From assembly GCA_021432655.1 (NCBI GenBank), contig MU271465.1:1-59963 (forward strand): a DNA stretch of 59,963 nt, in the 5' to 3' direction. Source of the DNA: Atractiella rhizophila. Lineage: Eukaryota. Shown piece by piece: positions 25,701-39,200 of the stretch. The position numbers were made by a program, and so were the translations under genes. How positions within the stretch are numbered: position 1 is the stretch's first letter; each line of letters starts with the position of its first letter. The notes below the pieces were generated by a model, which was not told the DNA's origin, searched no databases, and worked only from the letters and a program-made list of their open reading frames with translations.

Positions 25701-27755
25701 GTAACGTGCCAAATACAAACAGCTGGCTTGCAAGCTTGCCCTAAAGAGGCTTGATCTTTTTCTAGATGTATATTACTTGTTTTTGTGCCAATACCAATGA
25801 ATGATTTCAGCCCTCTCGCAAGCTACATGACATAACCTCCACACAAAGTGCACTGAAAACATGGCTTGCAACTCGTGGACTGCCTTCATCTTGCTATATA
25901 TGCTGCCGTTCAACGTTCAAACGTTCATCGATGATCAATGGCTCATTTTTGTGGTTGCGTCGCTTGTCATAGCAGTGTTTCTGTTCTGTTATCGCTGGAC
26001 TGTAACCATGGATTTATGGTGGCCATCGTGCAGGCAGGAGAGACATGCATGAAAATACCTTAAACGCTCAAAGGACAGTATCCTGCTGCCGTCCTACGCA
26101 GCTACCTTGCGCGCTACAAGACTCCTATTGAGGATTTGCTATCCGTTCCCGCACAAATCCTGCTCAGTTCCGTCAAATGCGAGCTCAGTTATCAACCCAG
26201 TTTCAAACCTCGTTCCCTGCTTGGAGCGTCAAATAAGCCAGCTCCTGCCCACCCACTCCCCAGCCGCCGGTCCTCCCATACGTCGTATCACACTAAGCCA
26301 GTACCACTTGCCATCCACCCACATTTCCCTTTCGCCACAGTCGATGGCATGAATGACCAACTCTGCGTTCCTCCTCTCCTCTCCAGCCAACTTCGCTCCT
26401 CCCTCTTCCACCGACGGCTGAGAAGTGGAACGGGAAGCGGATGGGGACAGGAATACACATCCCACCCGCAAGTCGCGTTAGCGATGATCTGGTAGGACGG
26501 CCAGCTCAACCTTTTCGAAGGCGGAACCCTCGGTCGCTTCCTTCTTGACTGGATGTTCAACAACGCTCAACCCTTTCGTCTCCAATCGGAGATAGTCCAA
26601 GAAATGCACCTCTGCAGCCGACGAGCTGGTGTGAATCCAGGTAGGGGAAGGTTGTTTCGGGGCGTGTGACGAGATAGAGAGCTGGGGAGGAGGAACGGAG
26701 GAAGGGGAGGAGAGCGCAAAGAGCTGGGAGAGAAGAAGGGCGTGTGTTCGTCGCTGCTTGCGGCGGAGCGAGGGGCAGAGTTATTACTGAGGTGGGGGAC
26801 GACATGGGGACGAGAGAGTGGGAGTGCACGAATGCTGTGGCACCGGAAGGTGAGATGGGGCTGCGCGGCGGAATGAAGTCAGTGGCATCAATGAAGGAGG
26901 GAAAGAACAGACGAGATCAAAACCGTGTCGATTGTTGACCATGGCAGGGACCATCTCCCTGAGTGAGGCTCCGAGCGACAGTTCGCATGTCACCACTTGG
27001 ACGCCTTCGAGAATGGGAAATCCTTCGCCCCTTCTGACAACCTGTTGGATTTTGCAGTCTAGTTTCGCGCCACTCAGTGGCAAAGTCCTTTAGTTTTCTG
27101 GAATGTTCTACTATTTTCTAGTTGCCACTGCTGTAAGCTATATAAACACATAGAATTCCATTTCCTGGTGCTCATGCATTTGCAAGAGCTCAGCCAAATG
27201 TAACCAAGTCGTACGATTGGAAAGGCACACCACCGTGTCCAGACCGTGATCGTATGGTTGCACTGCTATGTCTTGAGCATTGCTCAATCGTCGAGGACAA
27301 CCAAAACTTGGGCAACAACCGACCACGACCATCCCGAAATTGCCCAATTGTTGTCGCGTCATTGTCCCACCATTAGAGGGTTTGCGAAATGAGCTTCCAG
27401 CTTATTTTTCCCCTTAATTTTTTGGCCGGCGCAGTCGTACAACGAAAATCTCAGATTAGCTCCAAGCTATTTCCCGGAGCCGGAGCCCAAAGTTCTGGAG
27501 GCAGGAGCTGCTGCGCCTCCCAGCCAAAACCGTTAAGCAAGGTCGCTTATCGAGGCCCCTTTAAGACCCAAGGCTTATGGACGGACTCAAGCCTAACACC
27601 GCATATATCCGTAACGTCGCCGCCGCCAGCAATCCAAATTCAAAGTGTTCTCTTGCTTTTGTTCTCTTGCTTTCCTTTGCACGTACCTTCTTCTCATCTC
27701 CCCAGCCCCAAATTTCTTTGACCATTATTGACACCTCCTTAGGAATGACTGAGCC

Positions 27756-29411
27756 ATGTACAGTCAGTCTCAGACACCTCAGCCTCTCCGTCGTGCTCCC
27801 GCCACTCAGGCTACGTTCCACTCTCAAAGGCAGAGTCGACCTCTTCCCCTCTTCAGTCCCAACCTCTCCCCTGCGCCGTTCAACCCAATCGATCACTCAG
27901 GCGAGGTCGGCTTCCCCTCTCACCCCACCAGCGCCGTCCGAACCGTCCTGCCTCTAACTCCCCAACGAGAAAACACCGCTGTCCACACTTTGTCGACCTT
28001 CGATGCTGCAGGTGAGAACAATGATGAGAAGGACGAGAATTGGCACATGCAACCTGCAATAGAGCCTTTTGCAACGGCAAAGGATGGCAATGATGTCTTA
28101 GCAGCTCCTTATGATGTGAAGGTGGGAAGAAAAGGGAAGCGATTCGCTCTGAAGGGAGATGTGGAGATACTGCAAGCTCTTACAGCCGTGTGGGAGCTAA
28201 AGCCCTGGGAGAAAGTTCCTAATGTCAAAGTTGATGCGCAGTGGGATACTGTTTGTGTTTTGGTGGGTTTTTCTTCAAAGAAAAGAAAGGATGGGAACCG
28301 ATGTGTCTTGGTGATGGTGACAGTGGAGGAAGAAGATGAAGCTGGGCGCTCAGTGGCTGACCGATAGAGCGATCGCTAAAGGGGCATATTTCCAGAGTTG
28401 GTTCAACCGTGAACTTCAGAAAGTTCGGGAAAGCGAAAAAGCTGCAAAGAAGGCATCAGTTGTTGAGTACGAATTCACGGAGATCGATGAGATGCTACTT
28501 ACGTGTTCAACTCTCGAAAAGGAGCATCGTGAAGAGTCCACTAGGCAGACCCAGGTTTGTGTCCTCCTCATTTATAAGTCAAGCTCACTGATCGTTTTCT
28601 TTCTGTCGTATTGTCTATATCATCTCATTTCGCTCATCTCCCTCACCTGTCTCTTCCATTTCTCTCACCTATTTCCTTCATCTCCTCCGCCTGTCTCCTT
28701 CCTCTGCCTTTGCCTCTCTGACCGCCTCATCCCCCTGTCATCGCTCCTGCTTACCTTGTCTGCCTCGTCCTGCCCTCACTGCTCTCGAATACCATGCGCT
28801 TCAATCTCAACTTTGCATTTGCCTTGCCCCCCTCGTCATTTTGCCCTTATTGCTTTGAATTTCGTTAGGAGAAGAAGAATGTGGAGGCAAAGAAGACTGC
28901 CAACTCACAATTGATGCAAGATTTGGCGGTCAGTGGGAAGAGGAAGAGTCCAGATGGAGTTCAGGAGAGGAAGAAGACAAAGAGGGCTAAGTTTGTGATG
29001 ATTGAGGATGATATTGATTTAGAGGAAGATGACGAGAAAGCCGGAGAAGAGATAGAAGAGGGGATGCAAGAGATGGTCAAAGCGAACGATGTGAAGATGG
29101 CTGCAAGATGGAAGTCAAGCGGGATCAAGAAAGACATCTCAGAGCTGGTTGAGGTTGGAAGAGAGGCGATCCAAGGATTGAGTCGACCTGTGGAAAGGAA
29201 CCAAGGTGTGGCTACACTTTTGGAGAGTTTGGTGGAGATGAGTAAGGGAGAAGCGGCGGAGAGAAAGGCGGATAGGGAATTTGCGGAGAGAAAATTTGCG
29301 GAGAAGAAGGCGTTGAGAACTCGCGAGCAGGATATGCAGGCAGCTAGGGACAGGGAGCAGGGTCAGAACTTCATGAAAATGTTGGAGTTGTTGGCTAAAA
29401 AGCTCGATTAG
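27756..29411 (+). CDS. Harbinger accessory protein (putative Myb/SANT-like DNA binding + coiled coil), about 3 exons
   Basis: Lies inside the TIRs opposite the transposase. Trp-spaced segment VWELKPWEKVPNVKVDAQWDTV and a charged helical C-terminus. Pyrimidine-rich intron at about 28554-28868. Confidence 0.7.
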
Positions 29412-29549
29412 AGGTGGCGCCCAAGAAACCTATAATGTCTCTCTTCTGCTTCTTTCTCATCTCATGTAGGCCTAGTTGATAGGTTGATTCCAATTCAATA
29501 TCTTTATATGATTTACAAAGTGACTTTGCATCTAGATTCTCTCTTACTC

Positions 29550-30724
29550 CTATAGCCCTTGCTCCTCCTCTTCCTCCTGTGGCTCTTCATCATTAAGGCC
29601 AGTGGTCTGCAAAATTTCAAAGCTTCTGAGGTATGTCTCAATGGATAAAGGGTTGCAATCAAAGTAAGTAGCAATCTGATTAGGCCGAAAGCTGTTTAGA
29701 ACATTGGTGAGGAAAGCGCAAACGTAGTATTCACAAGCAACAGGCGCTGCCGTATCTTCTGCTCTTGTTCCCAATTGAGCCATGACCAGTAGCATCGGAC
29801 CATGCCCAAGTTCCATTCTACTGCAATACGAAGCTATCATGGACAAGTTAGCTTGACAAAGTGAAACAAGTGTGCAAGTGTACAGACCTTGCTCATGGGT
29901 TCGTTAAATGAGAGCTCGTCTGTGTCTTGAGAATTCTTAAAACCAGCCGTCAGAACATCACCAATGCATCCATAGCCACAATCCCCATATACCATATACC
30001 GTTTACCATTGGGTCCTAGTGTCAGATTTGTCAGGTGAGATATACAGCCCACAGTTTCTTGATTCTTTGAAGGTCTTGCAATCGGTTGTATAGTACCGTC
30101 CAAGAAAGCAATGATCCCTTCGACAGGACATCCTTTTGGTAATGTTGCATCCGCCCATTTCTCCAGCTCATCAGGACTTTGAACAACATCATTCCATTCG
30201 CAAAGGTACCGTGCCCAGTCAACATAAATCAGATTTAACATGGCTCTCCAAATCCGTGATATCTCACACAGAGGTCAGCCGAACCTTTCAGCAATAATGC
30301 CCAATCGATCAGCATAAGCCAAACGCTTAAGCATAATGCAAAATGCCTCAAAGATATCAACCTTTATTCCATTGTCTAGAAGAAGGATGTCTGGCAGATG
30401 GAGGAGGTTGACAAGTGTTTCAATCTCGTCTAAGGTAAAGCTAACAACCTCCGTCAGAATCAGCCATAACAAATTTGTTGAAGGTACCCACCGGCAATGG
30501 TACTGGATGTCGTCACAACTGTAGTCCGTAAAGAATCTTCCCCGCTTCTTGATATCAGAAAGAAGGATACGTTCTCGAGGAAGAGATAACGCTGCCCCTT
30601 CAACTTGGAGAAGGAAGGCAACTAGCAATGATTGATATCTCCGTCTTTCTTGTTCTTGGGTTTTCTTCTCTTCATCATCGAGCAACACAGAGAATGTACT
30701 CAGTTGTAGGAGCCTGGTGAACAT
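29550..30724 (-). pseudogene. Harbinger DDE transposase (DDE_Tnp_4-like), inactivated
   Basis: EAFCIMLKRLAY, IIAFLDGTIQPIARP, VYGDCGY, FNEPMSKV, NQIATYFDCNP. In-frame TGA at 30275-30277 (RFG*PLCEISRI). The segment between DGT and GD appears deleted. Confidence 0.85.
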
Positions 30725-33700
30725 TTAGAAGGAAGAATCAAGCTGGAAAGAGTTGGCGGAACAACGCGTACACGCAGAACTGGCAAACAACAACTTTTAT
30801 TGTAAATTCAAGCATCTCTTTCGCAAACCACTTTGCGCGATCAAAAATTGGGATGTTCGGCAAATGCTTATGGGACTGCAGTGCGTCATACGCATGGCGA
30901 CTCGCGATAGGCTCGGCACTAGTCAAGCCGAAAATATTAAGAGGTCCTCAACGAAGCTGGTTTCGCAAACCCTCTATTGTCGAACTTCAGCGACAGTTAT
31001 CTGTGCTTGTCAACAATCACTCCATTTGTTTGCTAGCTCATATGGCCTCAGAAGAACCTTTCTATTGTTCTCCAACCGAAGCAAAATTGACGCCAATTTG
31101 GCTTAGGTCGCCTGTCATCCGTCTACAGTTGCCGCATGATTAGTGGACTTGCCAATCATTGACCACTCCTTCAGAAACAATAGACACTGCAAACAATGAT
31201 GCAATAATCATAGTTAGTGCTTTTTATTTCATCGTCAATGATGTGCTGACTCTGATGGGAAGCAAGGCATATCATTGGCAACATCGAAAATGGTGGAACA
31301 ACAGGACATCTCTGTCCACAACCCTTGGTCAACCCCGCTGCAGCTGTATTGCAGGAGTAATGCAAGATTAGGGGAATATGCCAGAAGTGAGGGAGGTGGG
31401 GATGAAGTGATGAGGAGGCTAAGAGTAGCATGTTCAAGGAAATGCAATAAAGGTATGCTGTCTCTCAAGGCCATGATGAAGGGACGAAGTTGTTGACTCT
31501 CTGTGTGATTCGTATGCAGAGCTACTACCTCAAGTCTGCTCTTCTATCAGGTAGCGGAGTTGAGGGAGAAAGCATGGGTGCCTAACACTTGAAGTTCTGT
31601 ATGATTTACCTCTGTGGCTGACACATTGCTCACTTTGGTATTAGTGGCAGTATAAATCGCACTTTGCACGATTCCCAGTCACAGTCATCGCCTTTCGCCT
31701 TTACACTGCTTCTGGTGTCCAAATGCCGCATGTATTGTTGGTGTGGGAGATGAAGATGGAATGGAATGAAGCGTGGACAAGGCTTGGAAGCGCCTTGAAC
31801 ACTGAATTGATACGCGTTCCTCCTCTCTCTCGCCAGAGCGGCCTTGCATGTGTGCTTGCCGAAGATTGGGCTTCTGATGAGGTTTGACGTCAAAGAAAAT
31901 GACGACTTACCTTCCCTCTGCCCCCTCTCTCTTCCAATTCAAGTCACAGTGTGCAACTCGCCTCCTTAGGATGACACACTTTGTCTACGCATCCCCCATC
32001 CCACCCTTGCCCCGTTGATTGCGATTGGATCAAGATGAGCACAGCGGATCCAGATGGGCAAGATCAGTAGTTCGAAATGAGAGAGTCTACAAGAGGTCGA
32101 AGGAGGTGTAGCTAGGATTCTGCTGTGCAACAAGGGAGGGAGGTAAGTTCTCAATTATTTAGTGCATGAGTAAGCAGGTTAGTGTTTTCAAATCAAGCAT
32201 GACAATCGAAAGTTTTTCGTCAGGATGTCTATAATTACAACGACTACTGTGTCTGCCACCATTTGTTCTTTTGAAGCTCAGTAAGAGCTGAATTTATCTT
32301 TTAGCCACAAGATCATACCTAGACAAGTTCATCTTCATTTTTTGCGTGCGAGCCGTTTCATTCTTTCGTCTTCCCCTGGTACTGAGGTCTCTAAATCATC
32401 TTACTATGTGTTTAAGTTTAATCCATTGTTGAGCATGGTGAGTCTCCCAGCACACTTTCACTTAGCTGACCGGCCTGTGCTAGAACATTGAAATTCTTCC
32501 ATTTGCTTCCCTCTTTTATATTTGATGACTCTTGAGCTGTGGATCAGGTACCCTTTCGATCTCCTTGCTCTCCGTTCTTACACCTTCTACACTTGTTTTT
32601 AGCCATCCGGTGTTGTTTATGACTCACCATCACCTAATATGTCGAACGACTCCTCGTATCCCTTCCGATCGGCTCCTGACATCTCCACAATGGTTGTAAC
32701 AATGGGACAGTGTGTGGACAAGTGGAGGTTGAAGGAAATCAGAGGATGAGAAATCGCAAAGGGGATGCGATGCGAAGGGAGGCAGAAGGAGGATGTGAGG
32801 AACAGGAGAAGCGACAGGGAGGGAGACAGGTTGTAGTAAAGGTGGTATACGAAAATTCAAGCCATTTGAACCAAATCTGAAAGTCCTGGTGCCATCTGGG
32901 AGATGAATGTTTAAGAGATTGTTAGACCTTGAAAATCATCATCATAGATTTCATGCTGTCGCTTCACCGTTTTTATACACTCTTTCAACTGTTGTCAAGT
33001 AGGGTCAATCTTTGTTCAAGCATTGTCGAGCCATAAAAGCATTGCCAAGACGTACTTACTTGGCCATCACTGGCTGATGATTAATGCATTATCTCCTGAG
33101 GATGGTTGAACTATGGTTTGTTCATTGTGTTCCGGCTCAGTGGATGCTTATTGTCCCTCAGCCTACATCGCATCGTCCTGCTTTCATTCTTTCTTCTTCA
33201 ATGTTAGCCATAGTCACGTGACTAGCTTGTGACTAGTGCGATTTTGTTTGTCTCTTAGACACCTGGGGTTTTCCACCATCTCATATTTCACTGGGATCCA
33301 GCTCACATGGTAGCGAGAGCTGCTGGCGACTGAATGCATTCCAACCATCTGCATGAGGGCAACTGCCCCCTCTGCAAAATCTTTTGTAACACCATCTTGA
33401 TTTCGTTATATGTCTCAACATCTGACACCACCTATCGAACGTGAACCACCACCCCATCTTACACAAGGTAAAAATCACCTTTTTCCCGCCCCTACCACAA
33501 ACCCAAACCCACAATCTACTCAGGCTTCATCCCCTGCCATTACCGAACCGCTTCTTTATTCTGATCCTCCATCACCGTCTAATTCTTTCGAACCCCTTCC
33601 TGTTAATGGATATATGTGTATCCAACCCCAACATTGGTGGCATGAGCATGAAAATAGAAGGAGTACCTCCTGTCCAGGGAGGTTTCGATCCTTGGTGGGA

Positions 33701-33956
33701 AGTGATGTCCAGTGGACTCATGCAGATGAAGATTTATCAGTACTGCATTGACCGACCAGATAGAGAGGATGAGAAACCTGTGCCCCCCCCCAGACAATGC
33801 TCCCAAGGCGACAAGGAAGGCATGGGAAAACGTGATAGTCGAATGGAATGTGGGAAATGCGAGCGCGGTAGCCGTTATTTGAGCAAATTTGGACAACGCA
33901 TCTAATAACGAAGTACCTACCACCATTCCAAACTGCCTCAGAAATGATTGCGAAAC

Positions 33957-34445
33957 TGTTAGGGCAAACACTATGTGCGGTCGCCGATGGGCGATGCGTC
34001 TGTAGTGGAGGTAAACCTAAGAGAATAGTATGGCATGAGAAGACTAACCTGTAGTGGAGATAAACCTAAGAGAATACTCTAAGGTCACCAGCACAACATC
34101 TCGATGTATATATACATATGTAAAGGCACTGCTATAAACTATAACATATGTTTCTTGAAACACATAAGATAGCTCAATCAGGAAAGCAATAAAGGGAATA
34201 CTCGGAAATAAGAGATACTGAGTAGTACTAGTGCGCAAGGATAATAAGGCGAAAATGGAGACGGTGCAGACCGGCGAAATGTATAAGGGTTGCTGAGCGA
34301 CGATTCGTGTGAGAAAGGTAAGGGCGGCGGACAGCGCGGGCATGAGCAAAGTGGTAATGGTAGGCATGTCATCCCATGACGTGGTAAAGTGGGTCACGTG
34401 ACTTCGGATGGTGCATTTCAGTAATGCGTAGGGGCAAGCGTGACA
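33957..34445 (-). mobile_element. Solo LTR (subfamily B)
   Basis: TG...CA ends; TSD GAAAC on both sides; reverse complement of 34700-35189. Confidence 0.92.
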
Positions 34446-34699
34446 GAAACTTTGAGCAGTGTATGGTGATGCCCACACACTTAGTGGCCACACTGCTTAG
34501 GATGCGTTTAGCCGATGCTCATTTTCGACATCAGGAACGTATTCCATTCAGGAGGACATCACGCATTGATCTCGCCTCTATTCTGAACTCGTAGCGACGG
34601 ACAAAGATTTTATGGTGCCGGAGGCCACGCATTTCGTGATGTTTGTTAACTCTCTCGATCCGGAATGGCGGGCCCATGCTTTAGACACTGTCAAAGTAC

Positions 34700-35189
34700 T
34701 GTCAGGCTTGCCCCTACGTCTTACCGAAATGCACCATCCAAAGTCACGTGACCCACTGTACCATGTCATGAGACCCGGTACCTACCCATCGCCGCTTTGC
34801 TCATGCCCACGCTGTTCGCCGCATTCTCCTTTCTCACACGAATCGCCGCTCAGCCAACCTTATACATTTCGCCGGTCTGCACCGTCTCCATTTTCGCCTT
34901 ATTATCCTTGCGCACTAGTACTACTCAGTATCTCTTATTTCCGAGTATTCCCTTTATTGCTTTCCTGATTGAGCTATCTTATGTGTTTCAAGAAACATAT
35001 GTTATAGTTTATAGCAGTGCCTTTACATATGTATATATACATCGAGATGTTGTGCTGGTGACCTTAGAGTATTCTCTTAGGTTTATCTCCACTACAGGTT
35101 AGTCTTCTCATGCCATACTATTCTCTTAGGTTTACCTCCACTACAGACGCATCGCCCATCGGCGACCGCACATAGTGTTTGCCCTAACA
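34700..35189 (+). mobile_element. Solo LTR (subfamily B)
   Basis: TGTCAGGCTTG...CCCTAACA; TSD AGTAC on both sides. Confidence 0.92.
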
Positions 35190-35249
35190 AGTACCTAGGA
35201 AAACCTTACCAAATGCTTCGAACATCTTCGGGAAGTGGCGAGGCAAAGG

Positions 35250-35654
35250 TGTTAGGGCTGACACTATGTGCGGTCGCCGATAGGCGATGCGTCTGTAGTG
35301 GAGATAAACCTAAGGGCATGATATGACATGAAGACTAACCTGTAGTAGAGATAAACCTAAGAGAATACTCTAAGGTCACCTCCACTACTCTCTGATCTAT
35401 ATATACAAGCGGAAAAACACTGCCACAAAGCGTAGAGGAGAGCAGATGAAACATGTAAGAGAACTAAAAGGGGAAGTGACAGTGGGATTACGCGGAGTTA
35501 ATAAGAGGAGGATAGGCACAATTGGGCTAAGTGGTGGTGTAGGTGCAAATGGGCGAACGGGCGAACGGGCGCCGATTCACAGGGAACGCAAATGGGCGAT
35601 AGGAGACGCAATCCGGCGAACGGGCGCCGATTTGTGTAAGATGCAAACCTGACA
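35250..35654 (-). mobile_element. Solo LTR (subfamily A, same as the Gypsy element), with a small internal deletion
   Basis: Reverse complement of 41647-42103; TSD AAAGG on both sides. Confidence 0.92.
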
Positions 35655-36231
35655 AAAGGGAGATGCACGGTGCTATGGAGGCAGCTAGTATGAGGAACGG
35701 TGCTTACTCCAGGAAGTCAAGCATCAGCGAGTATGCAACACACATTGGGAATCCTAGGAATTGGTCATCCCCTCGATATGCATCCAATTTGTCAGGTTTG
35801 CATCTTACACAAATCGGCGCCCGTTCGCGGGATTGCGTCTCCTATCGCCCATTTGCGTTCCCTGCGAATCGACGCCCGTTCGCCACTGCGTCTCCCGTCG
35901 TGCAAATCGGCACCCTTTCGCCCGTTCACCCATTTGCACCTACATCACCACTTAGCCCAATTGTGCCTATCCTCCTCTTATTAACTCCGCGTAATCCCAC
36001 TGTCACTTCCCCTTTTAGTCCATCACTTAGAAAGGATGTTCCAAACTCTACACCTCACAACCGAAAAGCAGTTCAAAAAAATCGAACAAGACCTCATAGC
36101 AAGTTTCAACTAACAAAACACACAAACCTCCCAAAATGCACACGAAATTGCGCAACTGAGGTCCGACGTCCAGAACACAAACGACCTAATCTTACAATTA
36201 CTGGACTCCAGACTGCCTCCTCCTAGAGACA

Positions 36232-39200
36232 GTGGAACCACCTCCACCTTTTTATCGCGAACAGACCCAATACCCCAAACTTACTCTCCTCCCTCTATAC
36301 CTCAAAATGCACAAATTTCGCCTTATGCAGGAATCAGACTTGCCACACCCTCTATCTTCAAAGGAGTGCCTAGCTCAGTGCCGACCTTTCTTTGCGAAAT
36401 TTACGTCTACATATCTGCCATCCCAGAACAGTTCCCTTCAGAAAAGTCGAACATCTTATTTACTCTATCGTATATGAAAGAAGGAGATGCCGAAAAATTC
36501 GCCGCTGGGATACTACGCTGACTTGTCGAAAATGAGGAACAGATTTCGTGGGAGCAATTTTTGTCGGAGTTCAGATCATGTTTTTGCAAAACTGACCACA
36601 AACTTATTGCGCAAACGAAACTGTCTTCCCTGCAACAGAAGGGCAACCTAGAGTCCTACATCATCAAGTTTGAGGAGTTGGCAAATCAGGCAGACTTTGA
36701 TGATGAGGTGCTCACATTTTTCTTCAAACGGGGCCTCAACCCTGCCCTACACATTAAGGTGACACAAGGTGATTTCCCCAAGCCCCTTGAAGAGTGGAAG
36801 GAAAAAACGCGGCGAATCAACACAGAAGAATTTGCGCATTCCAGCTTATGGAACCCAAAATACACCTTCAGCAAAGAAAGATCACTCAAAATCTACGAAA
36901 CAGAAGGACAACAATGGACCCCCTCTGTACCGACCGAGCGCCGCTTTGTCGCCCATCACCGCTTCGCAACCTCAAGGACCCCAACGATATGGAGGTGGAC
37001 GCAACGAAGTTCAGACCGTCTCGTTGTCGAAGATGCCAAAAGATCGGACAAAGAGAGAAGGAATGCAAGGTATCCATGAGCAAAGAGCAATATCTTCGTG
37101 CACAAGGAGAATATTTCGACTCTCGTCTCATAAAACAAGAACAACAATCTGGGCAAATCCCCGACCGGTCGCCGAAAGGAAGCGTTGCGCAATCATCGGA
37201 TCTGGAGGAGGATCTTTGAGACGGCGATGGGTGAAAGGAGTGTCCCTGTCGCGGACTTGCAATTCATTTTCGTTATCTAAAATCACTTCCAACAAAGCGC
37301 CGCTTTGCGCAGATTTCCCTTCTCCCGAACAAGACTCCCCATTTCCAAAATTGCGTTTTCCATCTTGGAGACAAAGATGCGCTGATGTCGCAAAATGTAC
37401 GACAAAGTCCATTTACGTTCGACAACGGCATCCCTAGTCAGTTCGAAAACGAAACTCAGGACCGCTTTCCATCACCCACACTCCCATCGCCGGCACGCCA
37501 CATCGGCACTCGTCGACAGCGGGGCAACCAATTCCTTTATTTCTCCAAAACTCGTTTCTGAATACAACCTACCCGTCATTCAACTCCCTTCCCAGTGCCC
37601 GTTTACAATATCGACAGATTCCTCAATCAGGGGGTTCCATCCATTCTGTCGCTTATTTACCCATTTCGATCGCCGCCCATCATGAAGTTTGGCAATTTGC
37701 AGTGGCGGAGTTGGGGACAGTCGACATGATTCTGGGTCATGACTGGCTAAGACACCACAACCCAGGGAGTAACTGGGCGTCAGGGAAAGTTCAGTTCTCT
37801 TGTTGCCCCACCAGTTGCAACGCGGTTGATGTGTCTACCACACGAGACCAACTTCCATCGTCCTCTGCCTCAATACACGCTGCAATGACAAAATCGCAGA
37901 AACTGGCGAAAGACGCAGCGGCGATGAGACCAAAGAGTGTTGTTGAAATACCGACGCAAATCGCCAATTTTGCAGACATTTTCGATGACGAAAAATTCAA
38001 AACCTCGCTTCCTCCTCGACGACCTTGGGACCATGCCATCAACCTCAAACCAGAAGCTCAACCATATGCTGGTCCCGTCTACCCCTTGAAAAGAGACGAA
38101 CAAGCGGCGCTCGACCAATTCATTAACGCTGAACTGAGCGCCGGTCGTATACGTCCCAGCACAGGTGAACATGGTGCTTCCGTCTTTTTTACACACAAAA
38201 AAGACTCACCCAAACTTCGTCCCCTTTTCGACTATCGTAAGTTGAATGAAGCCACAATCAAGGACAAAACTCCACTCCCTATCCAAGCTGACCTCTTCTC
38301 TATGGTCTCTGGTAAGAAATTTTTTAGCAAGATTGACCTGAGAAAAGGTTTCAACAACGTTCGCATCAAAGAAGGAGACGAGCACAAAGCGGCGTTTCGC
38401 ACAAATTGTGGACTTTTCGAACCATTGGTGATGTATTTTGGTCTCTGAAACTCACCAGCGACTTTTCAGGCTTTCCTAAACTCTATTTTTCACGCGATGA
38501 TCGCCGCTGTGTTCATCTTCATATACATTGACGATATCCTCATTGCGACAGAGACTGAAGAAGAACATTGGGAACGTGTTCGACAAGTTTGTCAAATTTG
38601 CGCGAAAATGGGCTTTACATAAATTTGCAGAAATGTGTTTGGTGTCAAGAGGAGGTGGAGTATCTAGGCTTGATCATTTCCAGCAGAGGAATTGAACCAG
38701 ATCCAGTGAAAGGTGCAGGAGTGATGGATTGGCCGGAACCAAAAAACATGAAGGAAGTCCAAATGTTCCGCGGTTTCGCTAATTTCTATCGCCGCTTTTG
38801 CGACAGATTCAGTCACATCGCACGACCTTTATATGAACTGACGAAAATGGAGGTTTCCTGGGTCTGGGGGGTAGATCAACAACGTTCGTTCGCAGCTTTA
38901 ACACAACTCATGACTTCGGCGCCCGTTTTGGTGCATCCTGAACAAATAGGACGGTTTTTGCTCGAAGTCGACGCGTCAAATTTCGCGGCAGGCGCAGTTT
39001 TGTCGCAAATAAAGCCTGATGGGAAATTTCATCCTCTCGTTTCGTGTCAAAATCGCTCGACGCCGCCCAGAGGAACTATGACACCTACGACAAAGAAATG
39101 CTCGCGATTATGCGTGGACTGCAAGAATAGAGACACCTTCTTCAAGGCACTGATGAGCCATTTCTGATCTTGACCGATCACAAAAATCTTGAGTATTTCA

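Larger units (their letters stand above)
27375..30975. mobile_element. PIF/Harbinger DNA transposon with both ends
   Basis: 23-bp TIRs AGAGGGTTTGCGAAA(TG/CC)AGCTTC (21/23 match) at 27375 and 30975. ATT on both flanks (27372-74 and 30976-78). Two convergent genes inside. Confidence 0.92.

Noticed and set aside
28554..28868. Hydrophobic Leu/Ser/Cys-rich coding stretch
   Set aside because: Pyrimidine-rich intron (GTTTGT...TTAG) of the Harbinger accessory gene.
34044..35102. Duplicated hydrophobic small proteins (149 aa and 101 aa)
   Set aside because: They are incidental translations of solo LTR sequence.
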